A DNA stretch of 37,229 nt from Octopus bimaculoides (lineage: Eukaryota): NCBI RefSeq assembly GCF_001194135.2, contig NC_068983.1, positions 62,000,529 through 62,037,757 on the forward strand. The letters run 5' to 3'. Position 1 is the stretch's first letter, and every line of letters begins with the position of its first letter. The notes under the pieces are model-generated. The model was not told the DNA's origin and did no database searches. It saw nothing but the letters and a program-made list of their open reading frames with translations. Positions 11,791 to 24,009 of this stretch are shown here, piece by piece. The position numbers and the translations under genes were made by a program.

Positions 11791-12571
11791 TCTACATTAG
11801 ATAACTTTGGCTTCGTCCATTATTGTTGCAGGTCATTTCTAACTTAATAGCACCACTAGCCACTTGGACAAGTTCATTAAGTTATGCCTTCGGGTAAAAT
11901 GGTCCACTTGAGTTAGTTAACTAAATTTATTTAAGTGCATGTGGTACTGTTTGTCTTAAATTTGTTTCTGCCTAATTTGGAATAAATCGTGTCAAATTGA
12001 GATAAAAAGCTAAAATGGCAAGATTGACGTATTATGTGATCTGAGTTATACTAGGTAACATGACACGGGGTTCAAGTCACGGATGACTTGTGAACTTGAC
12101 ATCTGCATTGCTTGGTTTGCGTTGACTGAATAGTTTTGCATTTTAGCGTTCATAGCGGCGTTGTAGGGAAGAGAATTTGAGCCTTTTGATGCATTCCAAG
12201 TAATATTGACCTTTGGGATGCTTAAATTCTCAAAATGTTTTTGTATTAGAAGAAAGCATGGGTTAGCAGTATTCAAAATGAGACTGAATAAACATAAACA
12301 AGGGAAGTATAATGGTTAATGAATTCAATGTATATGATACTTGTTGTTGGAGCCTTCTCTCATAGCAATAACAATATTCTCAAAGTCGTGTATAACTCCT
12401 TTTCTATCTTTTCTTAGAAAGGCAGATATTTTTTTAAATGATATGAGAGCATATAGATATCGGGTGGTAGTTCACTGGGATCGACACTTTTTCCTTTTTA
12501 AAAAGTGAGATGATACACTGGGATAGAAACTATTGAAGTATAAACCTCATGTCCTGTAATATTCTCTAGAG

Positions 12572-13727
12572 CATGGGTCACCAAACTACGGTCCGCAGGC
12601 CAGATCCGGCCTGCGAGATGCGTTCATCCGGCCCGCCGCCGTACTGTTCAAGCACTTAACGCCAGTTCCAGGTTTTTCTTGAAAAAATTTATCCTGAATT
12701 CTGTGACTCCTCTTGTCACACAGCACTGATGTGGCTCAGCTGTGGTAAAGTCCTGAGTTAGTTTTACAACTTTCGAAGAGAAATAGATATTTTTATCACC
12801 GAAAAGGATAGAGCTGATTCACTTCAGTCAGATCCTACCTGGCTGTTAAAGTTGTCATTTTTGATTGATAACGCACATTCCACATGAATGAATTGAAGTT
12901 GAAACTTCGGGGAACACATAACCTTATCTTTGGTCTCTACAAAATCATCAAAGTATTTCTGAGAAAACTATCATTGTTTGTGTTATAACTGGAAAGAGGA
13001 GACTTCTCTCATTTTCAGCGTTTCAAAGAGTTTCGCGCTAGAATCGCAGAATCTTCAGTTTCCGAAAAGATGATTCTTGATTTAAATAGGCATCTTCTTT
13101 GAGAGATTTTCAGATCTCGACAGAATTGATTGAAATTCTTCTGTTCCAGAATCCGTTCGATTTTAACCTTGATATCGTGCCAGTCGAACTACAGCTGGAG
13201 CTCATTGATTTGCAAGCAAGTAACTTGTTGAAAGAGAAGTACAGAGAAGGAAAACTTGCTGAATTTTAACGCTGCTTACCCGATGATGAGTTTTCAAAGT
13301 TGAAGAAATTTGCCTCTAGTATGACATCAATGTTTGGAACAACTTAGGTCAGTGAGCAAACATTTTCAAAAATGAAGTATGTGAAGTCAGCACATCGAAC
13401 GAGGTTGACTGATAAACATTTGAAAGCAATTCTCTTGGTTGTATGCAGCAATTCCAAAGCAAATATTGATGATATCTTCAAAGATAAACACCAGTTTAAC
13501 AAATCCCACCTTTTTTGCTTGTAAGATTCGGATATGTGCGCATTGTGTGTGATAGAACTACCTTCATGGTGACGTCACCTTCTTTGATATATTTCACCAA
13601 ATAAATATGTTAGTTGTCTTTATTTTTTGTGTATTCACTATATTGTATTGAACAAAATGGTTATGCGGCTCGCACTTGTCATTCTCTCAGTTATCCGACC
13701 CGCTGTGAAAAAGTTTGGTGACCCTTG
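12572..13727 (+). mobile_element. Internally deleted SPIN/GTF2IRD2-like hAT transposon with both TIRs and 8-bp TSD
   Basis: TIRs CATGGGTCACCAAACT (12572) and revcomp CAAGGGTCACCAAACT (ending 13727), 15/16 identical. TSD CTCTAGAG at 12564-12571 and 13728-13735. Coding remnants WLSCGKVLS*FYNFRREIDIF...WLLKLSFLID and FGTT*VSEQTFSKMKYVKSAHRTRLTDKHL. Confidence 0.95.
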
Positions 13728-14089
13728 CTCTAGAGATTATAAAGACGAAATGCTAGTTGATGACATGAAATATTAGTTGATGACAGGACATATGTTAAGA
13801 CCTTTAAAGATAATCCAATAATGTGCAGAATGGCTAAAGTTATGTTAAGGACAGATATATTGAGTAATTATTTTGTATTGCCTACGTAAGTTAACTGCGT
13901 TCGTGTAGTATTGTTTTGTCGTATCAACAATTTTTGGCATCGTTGTGGAAGGTAATGTTTTCATCAATCAGTCGGCTGATCAGTGGTTCAAAGCTTTTTA
14001 GCGAATGAGTAGCCCCATTTTATTAATAAATACCTTCATATTATTTATTTTTTCTTATTTTAGTGTTATGTTTGCCTTTGAAAGGAGTT

Positions 14090-14800
14090 GCTGCTGCTGG
14101 AATTTTTTTAGGTTATTGAGATTATATCAATTCTCTATATATTTTCTGATTAGTGTTTTCTCTCTTAGGAGCCTGCACATACTTTTGTTTGCTGATCCGG
14201 ATGGTGTGTGGTTTGCACATATGAGCGTTACTGTAGTCAAAATTAGCTGCAAAGGCAATTTGATATCGGGGAAGAGAGAATAAAAAATCAGTCAACAGTT
14301 GATAAGTCATGTATACTTGAACTTCACTTCGTCATTCATGTAGATCTAAGTTGTAAAGCAGTGCGTTAGTGTCAGTGATTTTGATCTAATTTTTAGATGT
14401 TTCAAAGCAAGACAACTGACTATTATGTAATAATCTGTTAAGAGATTTCTTTTCAAGTGCTATATTATGAGAAGGTCCAAAATACATTTCTTGTAACACA
14501 TAAGCATATGCACAAGCTGGAACAAGGAAAAATCATTGTGTAATGTCGAAAAGTCTCACGACTGCTGCTTTGCTCGTGTCTGACATGCAAATTATGTCTC
14601 AGAGTATTCATAAACCGACCATTAAAAAGAAGCTAGAAGTTGCTCATAATTAATGTTACCTGATGTGTTGTGCTTGGTGAACAGTAGGAATGTTTGTGGT
14701 TGTTTTTAAGACCATTCATAAACAAATCATTTAGCTTGTTGAATATAGGTAATTATTCCCAGTAGCCAATTAAAAATAGGACTTTTGCGCTTGACGTAAA
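14090..14800 (-). mobile_element. Possible third, very decayed R4-type RT remnant
   Basis: Only loose motif order on the minus strand (KSP..GYW, TFLL.K...NY, EQ.S.R, YKK, SH); heavily eroded. Confidence 0.25.
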
Positions 14801-14934
14801 GAATCCTGGTGGATTATGCGTATTTCCTTGTATGTGTGTGTTTGCATGTATGTGTGTCTGAATAAATATGTACATGCTCACTCAGAATACTCACTAATAC
14901 ATAACTATATATGTATATGCGTGTGTATATATAT

Positions 14935-15181
14935 TGTTGGTAACGTTCCTGCATCTCTCTGTGTTGTGTTCGCCACGCTGCTGCCATCGTGGTAGTTGTT
15001 GATGTTACCGCTGTTGTCGTTGTTGGGAGAAATAATATATCAGATAAAGTGTAATACACACACACAATGAACAAATATGCACATACCTATGATAAATATA
15101 AGAAATAGAGATAGATAAAAGAAACTGTATAAAGAGCACGGATAGAAACAACATAGAAAGCGAACTCACTTACACACACAA

Positions 15182-15246
<65 letters not shown>

Positions 15247-15394
15247 CACACTATAAATTTACAGCCGGCCGCAACATTATCAACAACACAACCAACAACA
15301 GCAACAACGATAACAACAATGACAACAACAACTACCACGATGGCAGCAGCGTGGGCGAACACAAACACATAGAGATACAGGAACGGTACCAACA
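14935..15394. repeat. Inverted repeat (~90-bp arms) enclosing a (CA)n tract
   Basis: 14935-15025 is the reverse complement of 15302-15394, with core CAACAACTACCACGATGGCAGCAGCGTGG near-perfect; spacer ~276 bp. Confidence 0.9.
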
Positions 15395-15445
15395 GTCGAG
15401 TTCAAGGGCAGCAGCGGCGACAACATTGTAGGGGAAGGGGCTGAC

Positions 15446-16142
15446 NNNNNNNNNNNNNNNNNNNNNNNNNNNNNNNNNNNNNNNNNNNNNNNNNNNNNNN
15501 NNNNNNNNNNNNNNNNNNNNNNNNNNNNNNNNNNNNNNNNNNNNNNNNNNNNNNNNNNNNNNNNNNNNNNNNNNNNNNNNNNNNNNNNNNNNNNNNNNNN
15601 NNNNNNNNNNNNNNNNNNNNNNNNNNNNNNNNNNNNNNNNNNNNNNNNNNNNNNNNNNNNNNNNNNNNNNNNNNNNNNNNNNNNNNNNNNNNNNNNNNNN
15701 NNNNNNNNNNNNNNNNNNNNNNNNNNNNNNNNNNNNNNNNNNNNNNNNNNNNNNNNNNNNNNNNNNNNNNNNNNNNNNNNNNNNNNNNNNNNNNNNNNNN
15801 NNNNNNNNNNNNNNNNNNNNNNNNNNNNNNNNNNNNNNNNNNNNNNNNNNNNNNNNNNNNNNNNNNNNNNNNNNNNNNNNNNNNNNNNNNNNNNNNNNNN
15901 NNNNNNNNNNNNNNNNNNNNNNNNNNNNNNNNNNNNNNNNNNNNNNNNNNNNNNNNNNNNNNNNNNNNNNNNNNNNNNNNNNNNNNNNNNNNNNNNNNNN
16001 NNNNNNNNNNNNNNNNNNNNNNNNNNNNNNNNNNNNNNNNNNNNNNNNNNNNNNNNNNNNNNNNNNNNNNNNNNNNNNNNNNNNNNNNNNNNNNNNNNNN
16101 NNNNNNNNNNNNNNNNNNNNNNNNNNNNNNNNNNNNNNNNNN
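15446..16142. other. Assembly gap (N)
   Basis: Run of n. Confidence 1.
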
Positions 16143-16856
16143 TATATATATATTCTACAAGTGCCTTTCTCTCTCATTTTCTGTATATATACATACTCTT
16201 TTTAGTCAGCTAGCCCGAATTTTGATCGCAGAACTTACACCATTTATGTACACTTTAGTTCCTGCAAGATCGACGTTATTTGAAAAAGCAGACTAGACTC
16301 GTTTCACTAATAAATATTTCTCAAACCATTTCACTTGATATCCTCGCTGAAAATACGTCTGAGAAGCAATTTAAGCTGAAGCTGATTGAAGATTCAACTC
16401 TGACATAGAACAGCATCAGACCAATAATTCTTAGAAGGAGTAAAAATCAATAAAATAGTTCTACACTTTTTGAAATCGATTTACAGAAGTATATATAGGG
16501 AAAATTTAGAACGTCCTACATTTCTACAAGATTATATATTCCTATGGGGGAAAAAAACTGCTAGTATTTGTTTTTATTAAACCTAGAGAAATGGAATCTA
16601 ACGCTTATATTATATACAATAAAACTTTTCTTTTCTATGGTATGGTATAAGATATCGCATGAATAGTGATGGAATATAGTTTATTGCATCGAAGCAATGC
16701 CTTACTGGTACAAGTAGTTTTAAGAAGAATGAAAGTTATGAAATCAATCCTACTTTGTGTTGAATTAAAACGTAAAGATCTGTGACAATTACCGAAACAA
16801 ATTTTGATGTACAAATTACTGTGCCTATGATTAATTCCCTCTTTATATTTTGGACA

Positions 16857-17236
16857 GGAGGCGCAATGGCCCAGCGGTTAGGGCAGCGGACTCGCCGTCA
16901 TAGGATCGCAGTTTCGATTCCCAGACCGGGCGTTGTGAGTGTTTACTGAGCGAAAACACCTAAAGCTCCACGAGGCTCCGGCAGGGGATGGTGGTGAACC
17001 CTGCTGTACTCTTCCACCACAACTTTCTCTCACTCTTACTTCCTGTTTCTGTTGTGCCTGTAATTCAATGGGTCAGCCTTGTCACACTGTGTCACGCTGA
17101 ATATCCCCGAGAACTACATTAAGGGTACACGTGTCTCTGCAGTGCTCAGCCACTTACACGTTAATTTCACGAGCATGCTGTTCCATTGATCGAATCAACT
17201 GGAACCTTCGACGTCGTAATCGATGGAGTGCCAACA
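16857..17236 (+). mobile_element. Full-length tRNA-derived SINE (family 1) with probable 10-bp TSD
   Basis: A box TGGCCCAGCGG (16867), B box GTTTCGATTCC (16911), GC-rich body; flanks ATTTTGGACA (16847-16856) and ATTTTGGGCA (17237-17246). Confidence 0.88.
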
Positions 17237-17396
17237 ATTTTGGGCAAATGTTCATTCACTGAAAGATATAACCAACTGTTTGACTTTTTCCTTCTCTATG
17301 AGTCAGTGGTACCTATTCCGAAACTCCGCCGATCAACTCATACACCCGTCTCACGAGAAACTCCTCTGATCAATTTATGTAACTGTCTCACGAGTA

Positions 17397-17584
17397 TCTT
17401 TTAATTGTTTCAGTCATTTGATTGCGGTCATGGTGGGGAACTGATTTAAAGGGTTTTAGTCGAACAAATTGACCCAGGAACTGTTCTTTTTTTTTTTCTG
17501 CCTGGTCCTGATTTTATCGGGTTCTTTTGCCAAACCGCTATTTTTACGGAGACGTAAACACACCAACATCGGCTGTGAAGCAGT

Positions 17585-17667
<83 letters not shown>

Positions 17668-17831
17668 CGACGGGTTTCTTTCACTTTCTGTCTAACAAAT
17701 CCTCACACAAGGCTTTGGTCGGCCCGAGGTTATAGTGGAAAACACCTGTCCAAGGTGCAACGCATAAGGATTGAACCTAGAACCATGTGGTTGGTAAGGA
17801 AGCTTCCTATTACACAGCTACGCCTGCACCT
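17397..17831 (-). mobile_element. tRNA-derived SINE (family 2, octopus OK/OR-like) with internal (TG)n(GA)n
   Basis: Minus-strand tRNA-like head with B box GGTTCAATCC, CTTGGACAGGTG core, internal microsatellite, 3' part ...GACTGAAACAATTAAAAGA; homologous to 36920-37186. Confidence 0.88.
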
Positions 17832-18547
17832 GTTTTGTTTGTTTGTTAATCCTTTAGTAAATAAGCCAAATTGGAGATATACTTTCAATATAATATTTCC
17901 TTTAACATTTTGTATCGGCCGCGTTTCTGTGATTAGAGTGATCCAGGCTCTCTTAAACTAATTTGCCTTTTAACACTACATCATAAACCGTCGAATCATG
18001 TCTAGAATCAAAAATCTGGTGTTAATTATGCGATTATTCTAAATATTACGCAATAGATATATTGCATCATTTTACCTTATGAAGTAAAGTAGGAAAAAAG
18101 GTTGCTGCCTTAGCAGATTACGATATTTCATTTGGGATGCCAAAATAGAACATTTAGTGGCATCGGTTTCCTATAGCGAATATCAGTATTGTGCAGACAG
18201 AAAATAGTTTATTTCGAATAAAATACATTTCAAGAAATTTTATCATAATATATGGCCGCTTAGGTTCTATTATTCATTTGAAATATGACAATAAATGTCA
18301 AAACATTTCATTCTACGTTACACAAGTTAATGTTGTATGCCAAAATATATATTCTTATATTTTCCCAGTAGCATACTTTTAGTTTTGTTTCAAGAATGTA
18401 AATAACGATTTTATGGTAGTATCTGTCAGTCTGTCTGCTGCTTACTTTTCTATCGGTGAACTTATTTTTTATATATATTCCTGTATACCTATATTTCTCT
18501 ATATATTAATTAATGTATTTCACAATGTGTGTTAACTATGGGCCGGT

Positions 18548-18552
18548 CTCTT

Positions 18553-18624
<72 letters not shown>

Positions 18625-18660
18625 TCTCTCTCACTCTCTCTCTCTCTCTCTCTCTCTCTG
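18548..18660. repeat. (CT)n microsatellite
   Basis: Direct reading; explains the SLSLSL ORFs. Confidence 0.98.
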
Positions 18661-19109
18661 TATATGTATGTTCATACACACGCGCGAGTACGTACACATA
18701 CATACACATACATATGAATGCTAAGAAACATGTAGCAGAAAGAGGTAAGCAAAAGTTTTATACATCCGTTGCGGTTACAGCTGTTTCATAATCCGCCCAG
18801 AATTACATCTACTTGAATGTAGACTTACACGTAGACACACACTCATGTGCATGTATATTTATATATATATAATGTGTGTATGTGTGTATGCATGAATTTG
18901 TTTTGCAAAATTGCTGATGTGAAATCCTGATAAGACAACAACTTACATTGAGGAGACGGCACGCAGCATACGGGAACGAACAGGCTACACTGGCGGGAGC
19001 TCAAATAGGAGAAAAGCTCCTCAGTGCTCTACCAACACGTTCAAGTAGAACCTAGAGCCTCGGTTAATAACTTGGAAGTTAATGTATTATCACGCATAGA
19101 ACAGAAATG

Positions 19110-19182
19110 GCACACTCACAAACACACCCACTCACTCACACACACACACACACACGTGCATATATATATCTATCTATCTATA
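19110..19182. repeat. (CA)n/(TA)n/(TATC)n tract running into a gap
   Basis: Direct reading. Confidence 0.9.
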
Positions 19183-19847
19183 NNNNNNNNNNNNNNNNNN
19201 NNNNNNNNNNNNNNNNNNNNNNNNNNNNNNNNNNNNNNNNNNNNNNNNNNNNNNNNNNNNNNNNNNNNNNNNNNNNNNNNNNNNNNNNNNNNNNNNNNNN
19301 NNNNNNNNNNNNNNNNNNNNNNNNNNNNNNNNNNNNNNNNNNNNNNNNNNNNNNNNNNNNNNNNNNNNNNNNNNNNNNNNNNNNNNNNNNNNNNNNNNNN
19401 NNNNNNNNNNNNNNNNNNNNNNNNNNNNNNNNNNNNNNNNNNNNNNNNNNNNNNNNNNNNNNNNNNNNNNNNNNNNNNNNNNNNNNNNNNNNNNNNNNNN
19501 NNNNNNNNNNNNNNNNNNNNNNNNNNNNNNNNNNNNNNNNNNNNNNNNNNNNNNNNNNNNNNNNNNNNNNNNNNNNNNNNNNNNNNNNNNNNNNNNNNNN
19601 NNNNNNNNNNNNNNNNNNNNNNNNNNNNNNNNNNNNNNNNNNNNNNNNNNNNNNNNNNNNNNNNNNNNNNNNNNNNNNNNNNNNNNNNNNNNNNNNNNNN
19701 NNNNNNNNNNNNNNNNNNNNNNNNNNNNNNNNNNNNNNNNNNNNNNNNNNNNNNNNNNNNNNNNNNNNNNNNNNNNNNNNNNNNNNNNNNNNNNNNNNNN
19801 NNNNNNNNNNNNNNNNNNNNNNNNNNNNNNNNNNNNNNNNNNNNNNN
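19183..19847. other. Assembly gap (N)
   Basis: Run of n. Confidence 1.
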
Positions 19848-20730
19848 GAAAAGTAAGAACAACCCCAAACCAATACGATGCTAAGGATTTTGCGGGTCGA
19901 TATTGTAAAACTAACTTCACGTGTATACCCATAGCCCCATGTAGTCACGGAACCTTATTTGTGGTATAACCTCGCCTTAAAAGAAAAATATATGGTAGTG
20001 CGGTTGTTGTATTGGCGACACAAGAATGTTACTCGAAACTGTTCAAGATCAATCATAGGTTGGACGTTCATGTATGCTGATTAGAATTGTGAATTTCAAT
20101 TATTGAAAACGCGTTCCCGGATGGATACAATTGTGCAGAGTCCGTTTGTCTCAATATGGAAAAGCTGTTTGAATGTCGACGTTTGAAGACATTTGTAACT
20201 GAAGTTAAAAAAAACATAGTAATTAGAAAGAGCGTAAGCTATAGTTTTTTTTTTAATGCACGAAAAATTGAAATTATCTTTTTTCTGTGCCTCTGATTAA
20301 AATTTTTGAAAAACAAACCCAGCTACATTACTTGGAAAAAAATAATCTTTATTGTGCTGGTTTTTCGTAAAATTTCGCGCATGGGAAAGGCAACAAAATC
20401 GCCCCTCCCCACTTTGAATGGGATATTCCTATCTTAAAAAGTAATAATCGATTATCTCGGTAACCATGGGAGTTGGAGGGCAATAAAAATCTGAACATGA
20501 GCGGACCATGCTGCCGCTCTGTGCTGAATTTCACGCGATTCCACTGCACCGTTCTTGAGTGAATCTGCCGACACTCAATCAATCAAGCAATCAAGCAATC
20601 AAGAACACTGCAATTTATAGTATAGATTATTTATATTGGATGTATAAATATATTTCAGTCCTTCTGTTTACTTTGTGTTGTGCATAATATAGGTGTGTCT
20701 GTATATGTATTCTATTTGTGTGGGAACATA

Positions 20731-21540
20731 CACGAGTTCTGATCAATAAGCATCCGGACTGGTGCTACAAAAAGAAAACTACAACCCTACCAATTTGGTA
20801 TTTAATCTCCTTCAAAATTGTCCTCTTCGAAAGCCACACACTTAATCCATCGCTGCTTCCATTGATGGACGCATTCCTGGAACTTGTTTTCTGGTATAAT
20901 CATCAGCTGCCTCGTCGCATCCGCTTCGATTTCCTCGATGTTCGGAAATCTTCCTTGAAGTGGAATTTGATTGTTGGAAAGAGGAAAATCTTGCAAGGGG
21001 CGAGATATGGGGAATACGGTTGCTGTCGGACCTTGGGAATGCTGTGCCTAGCCACTCACCAGACGCATGCAATTCTGGCCTTTTCCGACGAATAGCATCC
21101 CGCAAAACCTCACGGTAGTACTCCTTGTTTACTGTTTGATCAGATGTAGTCAAAAGAAACAGTCAACAGTGTCTTCGACTCATTCATGCCTTCTTTGGTC
21201 TTGGGTAGTTTGGGATCATCCCCTGCGAAGACTGTGCCTTTGTTTCGGGGTCATACCCATAGACCCGCGATTCATCACACGTTATAACTGTTTTCAAAAA
21301 GTTTTCATTGTTCTCAACCCAATCAAAGTGATGTTGTGCAACTGAAATCCGAGTGTCTTTTTGGTCAGCTGAAAGTAGTTTTGGCAAATTCTTTGCGGAC
21401 TTGCATGCCATAATCAAATCTTCAGTGATAATGGACTGAACTGAATCGTAACTAATCTGCACATTCCCTGATAACTCATGGATGGTGATTAGACGAATTC
21501 CCCTCACGGCTGCACGAACATCTGTGATGTTTTTCTCAAA
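20731..21540 (-). mobile_element. mariner transposon, 5'-truncated and frameshifted, 3' TIR present
   Basis: LKTVITCDESRVYGYDPETKAQSSQ..PRPKKA; QTVNKEYYREVL..IRRKRPEL; PYSPYLAP; KQRWIKCVAFEEDNFEGD*. TA (20729-20730) followed by TIR CACGAGTTCTGATCAATAAGCATCCGGACT. The HHDNA segment is deleted. Confidence 0.93.
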
Positions 21541-21736
21541 TTCTCAATCGAAGGGATAAAGCGGCGAAGTCTAACTGAAAAATCTACTTCATCAATGTTC
21601 AGAACTTTATATTGACCAATTTGTGCTGATACACTTATTACCATGCTCATATGTATATTACATAAATATTTTTTTATTGATGGATTTCAGTTTACTTTTA
21701 AATACAGAATCTGTGTTTAAAATGTTGATAGCTTAC

Positions 21737-21784
21737 CTAAGCAGGTTGTTAAAACAGTGTCAGCTAAGCGAAGCGTTTCATAAC
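21737..21784 (-). CDS. Candidate host exon 3' end (5' end hidden in gap), product unknown
   Basis: Open frame xYETLRLADTVLTTCL ending at a consensus donor TTAG|GTAAGC; no family recognised. Confidence 0.25.
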
Positions 21785-22028
21785 NNNNNNNNNNNNNNNN
21801 NNNNNNNNNNNNNNNNNNNNNNNNNNNNNNNNNNNNNNNNNNNNNNNNNNNNNNNNNNNNNNNNNNNNNNNNNNNNNNNNNNNNNNNNNNNNNNNNNNNN
21901 NNNNNNNNNNNNNNNNNNNNNNNNNNNNNNNNNNNNNNNNNNNNNNNNNNNNNNNNNNNNNNNNNNNNNNNNNNNNNNNNNNNNNNNNNNNNNNNNNNNN
22001 NNNNNNNNNNNNNNNNNNNNNNNNNNNN
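21785..22028. other. Assembly gap (N)
   Basis: Run of n. Confidence 1.
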
Positions 22029-23473
22029 ATATAATTTTTTATATGTATATGTGTGTGTATTATGTATGTATGTATATATGTATATATGTGTGTGTGTAAC
22101 GAAAGAGATACTTTTCTGCTTAGATATCGCAATATTTATTTACTCATCTATACGTATTTGTTTATTTAATCTTTTAGTTTCATAGGAATCTCTAAAGAAT
22201 AGGTCTGGTATAGTTATTAGATTTCTTATATACTTCAAAATCGATCGCAATATGTATTTGATAACAGAAATCGTGAATGAAAAAAATATATCTAAAAAGG
22301 ATGTTTTGTCAACATATTGTGTGAATTATCGTCCTAGATCAAATAACATGATTTCCTGACATCTATGATGCTTGTCAGGTAAACTGTTTAATCTTCACCT
22401 GAATATCTTCGAGCGTGTTATGAAATATTTATTGTGAGCCAACCTCCAGCAGTACATTCAGCTCAGAATATAGACTCACTTTCCATGAGCACAACATTAT
22501 ATTGCGTACTAATATGGATCTTGTGTTGGTAAGAACATGCCATTAATTACAGCGCGTCAAGTGTTATGCCATGAAATTCTTTCTTCAAAAGCCACATTGT
22601 TATTTACAGTAAGATCTTCAATGAATAGTTTGCATGAATATTTTATTATTGATTTCTTAAATGATAAAATTATTAAAGCAACTTCATTTCGTTAACTGTC
22701 TCCAAATCTGTATTACTCCGCTTCCTATTTGTGTGTGTATGTGACACTGTTAAATAGATCTTTTAAGTCGGAATGTGAAGAGTTATACCGAGTGAAATGG
22801 CTGGCAAAAGGTATCGGGGTGGGGGTAAAGGTTAAAAAAAGGACAAATATGAAATTCTACACATGTTTACACAGGTGATATAAAGACAAATGCAACGACT
22901 TGTTAAAGCGGTTGGATGACAGGCTGGAATATGATTAATGACTTGTTATTAATGGATGAAGAACGTAGTTTCGAAGTGAACTAAAATTTATTGTTTTTAA
23001 TTTCTCAATCATTTAACGCATGCACCTCAGAAAAAATAATTGTCGTCTACTAGTTAACAGAAAATTGACCCTTTTATATTTTTTATTTATCTACAATCTT
23101 ACGAGAACTGAACCTTCTATATTTGTATATAGATAGTGATAGCAGAAAAGAGCTAAGGAAAGAACATAAAGAAAAGGTTTGGAGAACAGGTAAGCTAAGA
23201 GCTAAGACAAAAAAAAATAGATTTAGCTGGACAGTAGCAGTTGAGAAGCGAAAATATGAATGAAAATTAACGATAAGAAAGCAGGAATCGCATAGCTGAA
23301 CTCTACGGCATTGGTGAAATGAATATTCTATAAAATCTTTGTGTGATTGCCTTATTCTGTAGATTTGAAAGATTTTCTTCGAAGAAACAATGCAACATAG
23401 ACTTCTTTTGATTGAAATATTAAGAATCACACTTGTTTCTTTAATCTGCTTCATTTGGAACAAAAGTACTTAC

Positions 23474-23535
23474 AGGTTGAGAGTTGAGGGCCTTGTTCGA
23501 ACGTAAGGCACAAACTAACTCTACGGCTCTTCGCT
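23474..23535 (-). CDS. Candidate 62-nt internal host exon, product unknown
   Basis: ATATTTATTTTCAG acceptor and GTAAGT donor; two open frames (AKSRRVSLCLTFEQGPQLST or RRAVELVCALRSNKALNSQP). Confidence 0.25.
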
Positions 23536-23833
23536 CTGAAAATAAATATCCATGGTATGGTCAGTCGCATATATTATAGACATTTAGGAAACATTGCAGC
23601 ACCAACTGAAAACTGAATGCGTTCAACGCTGTTTATTAGATGCTGTAGTACTTAATGAAGAACGCCGATTGCAGTTCGTTAGGTAAAATTGATCTTAGTT
23701 ATTTGTCGAAGAATGTAATTGGATAATGGATCATCTCAATGTACCACAAAAAAAAAAAAAATTGAACCAAAAATGTAGTATTAAGAATATAAAATATTTT
23801 ACATAGTCTATATATTTGTCGTTCATTTTCCAG

Positions 23834-23892
23834 ATCAACAAAGCGTGTATTTTGAAAGAGAACAGGCTCTCTTGGCCACAGAAGCTCCATAC
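23834..23892 (+). CDS. Candidate 59-nt host exon, product unknown
   Basis: TTCATTTTCCAG acceptor, frame (D)QQSVYFEREQALLATEAPY, weak donor GTTAGA. Confidence 0.2.
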
Positions 23893-24009
23893 GTTAGAAT
23901 TCTAAGTTAACGTCAGTACCTATACTTTGAAAATCCTTTATATTGTGTTCAACAACCTGGTACAAAAAAGCAAACAATTGTTATAAACCGCATGTTTTCG
24001 GTAAGTTCA

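Noticed and set aside
11832-11893. Plus-strand exon candidate VISNLIAPLATWTSSLSYAFG
   Set aside because: Only AG/GT bounds with a weak donor (GTAAAA); expected by chance in AT-rich DNA.
12046-12276. N/S/M-rich 76-aa minus ORF as a terminal exon
   Set aside because: No convincing acceptor and no recognisable family; left unclassified.
15087-15392. ORFs with CVCV/HTHT/SLSL/YIYI runs (also 17446-17961, 18513-18791, 25075-25540)
   Set aside because: Translations of microsatellites or SINE bodies.
16857-16930. tRNA gene (also SINE heads at 17760-17831, 24208-24290, 37110-37186)
   Set aside because: A/B boxes continue into SINE bodies; no complete cloverleaf seen.
20349-20600. 77-aa minus ORF and moderately GC-rich stretch before the mariner
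   Set aside because: No motif or terminal structure recognised.
23362-23400. DLKDFLRR kinase-like word after an acceptor
   Set aside because: In-frame stop before any donor; no other kinase motifs.
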